Shown one piece after another: positions 61,770-64,000 of a stretch of 64,000 nt of DNA. The notes beneath the pieces are model-generated. The model saw only the letters and a program-made list of their open reading frames with translations, had not been told where the DNA came from and searched no databases. The stretch is taken from contig OZ024748.1 in the NCBI GenBank assembly GCA_964016885.1, positions 30,132,001-30,196,000 on the forward strand, written 5' to 3'. The translations under genes were made by a program, and so were the position numbers. This DNA comes from Eledone cirrhosa. Its lineage: Eukaryota. Each line of letters starts with the position of its first letter. Position 1 is the stretch's first letter.

Positions 61770-63125
61770 CCGTTTTACGTCCGTTCTTCCACGCTAGCAT
61801 GGGTTAGACGGGTTGTCCTGTTGTGGGCAGTGTCTGGTCGGCTGACCGTGCCTTGCTCATACAGGAACTGATTTGGCTTGATTTCTACAGCTGAATGGCC
61901 TTCCTAACACCAACCTCATTTACAGTGAGTGCTGGGTGCTTTTTCGTGGTGCCTACACGTCCACTTTACAGTGTGGGCTGGGTACTTTTTTGCCGTGGCA
62001 CCTCCACGACCACCTTGCGGTGGGGGCATATTGTCTATATGCTTCAGCTTGTACCCATGGGAGGTCGGGTACTCTGTATTACTGCATGACGCTAGAGGTC
62101 ACGGTCGTGTGTCATCGCCTTTGAGAGGTGTAATTGGGTAAGGTCGGCTTTTATCACCTCATCCCAGGTCATCTTGGGTCTCCCCACTCCGCGGTTTCCA
62201 TCGACTTCTAGTGCTCTGCACCTTTTTATGCAGCTGTCATCCTTCATACGCATCACATGTCCATACCAGCGCAACCGCCTCTCCTGCACACAGCATTTGA
62301 TTCCTCTTATGCTCAGTCTCTCTCTCAATTCATTTATGCTTTGTCGTTCGCGTATATTACTGTTACACATCCATCGGAGCATGCAGGCTTCGTTTCTCTC
62401 TAATCTACGTAAGTCTTCCACCTTCAGCGCCCAGGTCTCACTACCATGCAACATCGCTGTTCGGATACACGCATCATACAGTCTGTCTTTCATTTTGAGG
62501 GAGAAGCCTTTTGCAGCTAGCAGTGGTAGTAGTTCCCTAAACTTCTTCCATCCCGTTCTTACCCTAGTTATTGTACTTTCTGAACACCCACCTCCGCTGC
62601 TAATTCGGTCACCTAGGTAGCAGAAGCTGTCTACTGTTTCTACAGAGCCCTCCCAGAGATTGGTGGTACTTGTTTCCTGTGGCTGTTTGCTGCTTGCTGT
62701 CCCAGCACAGCTGCTGCATGTGAAGCCTACATTCTTAATTAAGCTTCCTGAGATCCCGCTACATCTCTTGTGTACCCATTGTTTGCATTTGGGGCAGAGA
62801 ATGGAGTTCCTACCTACACCTTTCCTACATACTGAGCAAGGCCATTTCCCTGAGAGGATCTGGGTTCTGTTTTCTCGTCTACTTACAAGGACCTTAGTCT
62901 TTGTCATGTTGACTTTGAGACCCTTTCTTTTTAGTCCCTGCTTCCAAGTTTGGAATTTCTTCTCTAGTTCTACCATAGATTCAGCTATAAGTGCAAGGTC
63001 ATCAGCATACAGGAGTTCCCATAGGCATCCGGTCTTAAACTCCTCCGTTATTGCCTGCAGGACTATGATGAACAGGAGGGGGCTAAGAACAGAGCCCTGG
63101 TGGACCCCAACCTGTACGCTAAATT
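61770..63125 (-). mobile_element. 5'-truncated PHD-RTE LINE (close relative of the 42694 copy)
   Basis: [16 protein letters not shown]4HC3 finger and RRLRWYGHV on the minus strand. Confidence 0.88.
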
Positions 63126-63543
63126 CAGTGTGGACTGGGAGGTTTTTACCATGTTACCTACACGGCCACATTACAGCGTGGACTGTGTGTTTTTTTGTCG
63201 TGACACCTACACGTCTGGCGGGTTTTCTACGGCTGGGTGCCCTTCCCAACATCAACCACGTTTACAGCGTGGACTGTGTGTTTTTTTGTTGTGACACCTA
63301 CACGACCTCATTTGTTTTGGACTGGATGTTGTGGTACCAACATAACTTCACATTTAAGAGGGTGGTGTGGATGGGGTGGGGGTAATAGGACGGCGGTGTA
63401 TTTTGTTAGAGGTGCCTACTGACTGTAGGTTTCGCTTTGTACTTAGGCAAGGCGGGTCTTCTGTATTACTGTGTAGCGCCAAAGATCTCGGTCCAGTGAC
63501 ATTGTCTTGGAGAGGTATAAGTGTGTGAGGTCGGAATTTATCA
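63126..63543 (-). mobile_element. Rearranged 3' fragment of the 28863 PHD-RTE subfamily
   Basis: Matches about 29007-29335. Confidence 0.75.
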
Positions 63544-63620
63544 ATAATATATTATATATATATATTATATAATATATTATATATATATATTATCTTATAT
63601 ATATATATTATATTATATAT

Positions 63621-63808
63621 AGGGCGGTGGATTGGCAGTATAGGTAGAGAGTCGGACGCCATGCTTTCCAGCATAGTTACGTCCCTTTACGATCTGAGTT
63701 CAAATCCCGCCGAGGTTAACTTTGCCTTTCATCCTTACGGGGTCGATAAAATAAAGTACCAGTAATGTACTGGATAATTGCTGGCCTTGTGCCAAATGTA
63801 GAAACAAT
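63621..63808 (+). mobile_element. SINE family B (clean copy)
   Basis: Head gggcggtggattggc, B box gagttcaaatccc, core gcctttcatccttacggggtcgataaa. Confidence 0.85.
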
Positions 63809-64000
63809 TATATTATATATATATATTATATTATATATATATATATATTATATTATATATATATTATATATATATATATTATATATATATATATTATATA
63901 TATTATATATTATATATTATATATATTATATATATTATATATTATATATATATATATTATATATATTATATATATATATATTAAATATTATATATATTAT

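Overview
AT-rich, microsatellite-laden animal DNA. The SINE/LINE landscape suggests an octopus-like cephalopod (inference). The window lies within one + strand gene of the RasGEF1 (RASGEF1A/B/C-like) family. I can read 11 internal coding exons (10328-59390) with GT-AG ends and consistent phases; the start and stop lie outside the window. The introns are packed with mobile DNA: a near-intact Tx1/L1-clade LINE (intact 1139-aa ORF2) and sister fragments in (TTA)n or (TATC)n microsatellites, several R4/Dong RT-RLE LINE pieces, a near full-length RTE LINE with non-autonomous bipartite derivatives, three RTE-like LINEs with a PHD finger inside the RT, three SINE families, two Helitrons, a TTAA-flanked Kolobok-like MITE, and 35-, 36-, 93- and 523-bp tandem arrays. 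The most notable structure missing from the ORF track is a set of fold-back, Penelope-like elements, mostly in (TA)n tracts. They carry eight type I hammerhead ribozyme motifs of three sequence families, all with palindromic stem III and one family with a U3-A8 variant core. Most long low-complexity ORFs in the track are artefacts of repeats.
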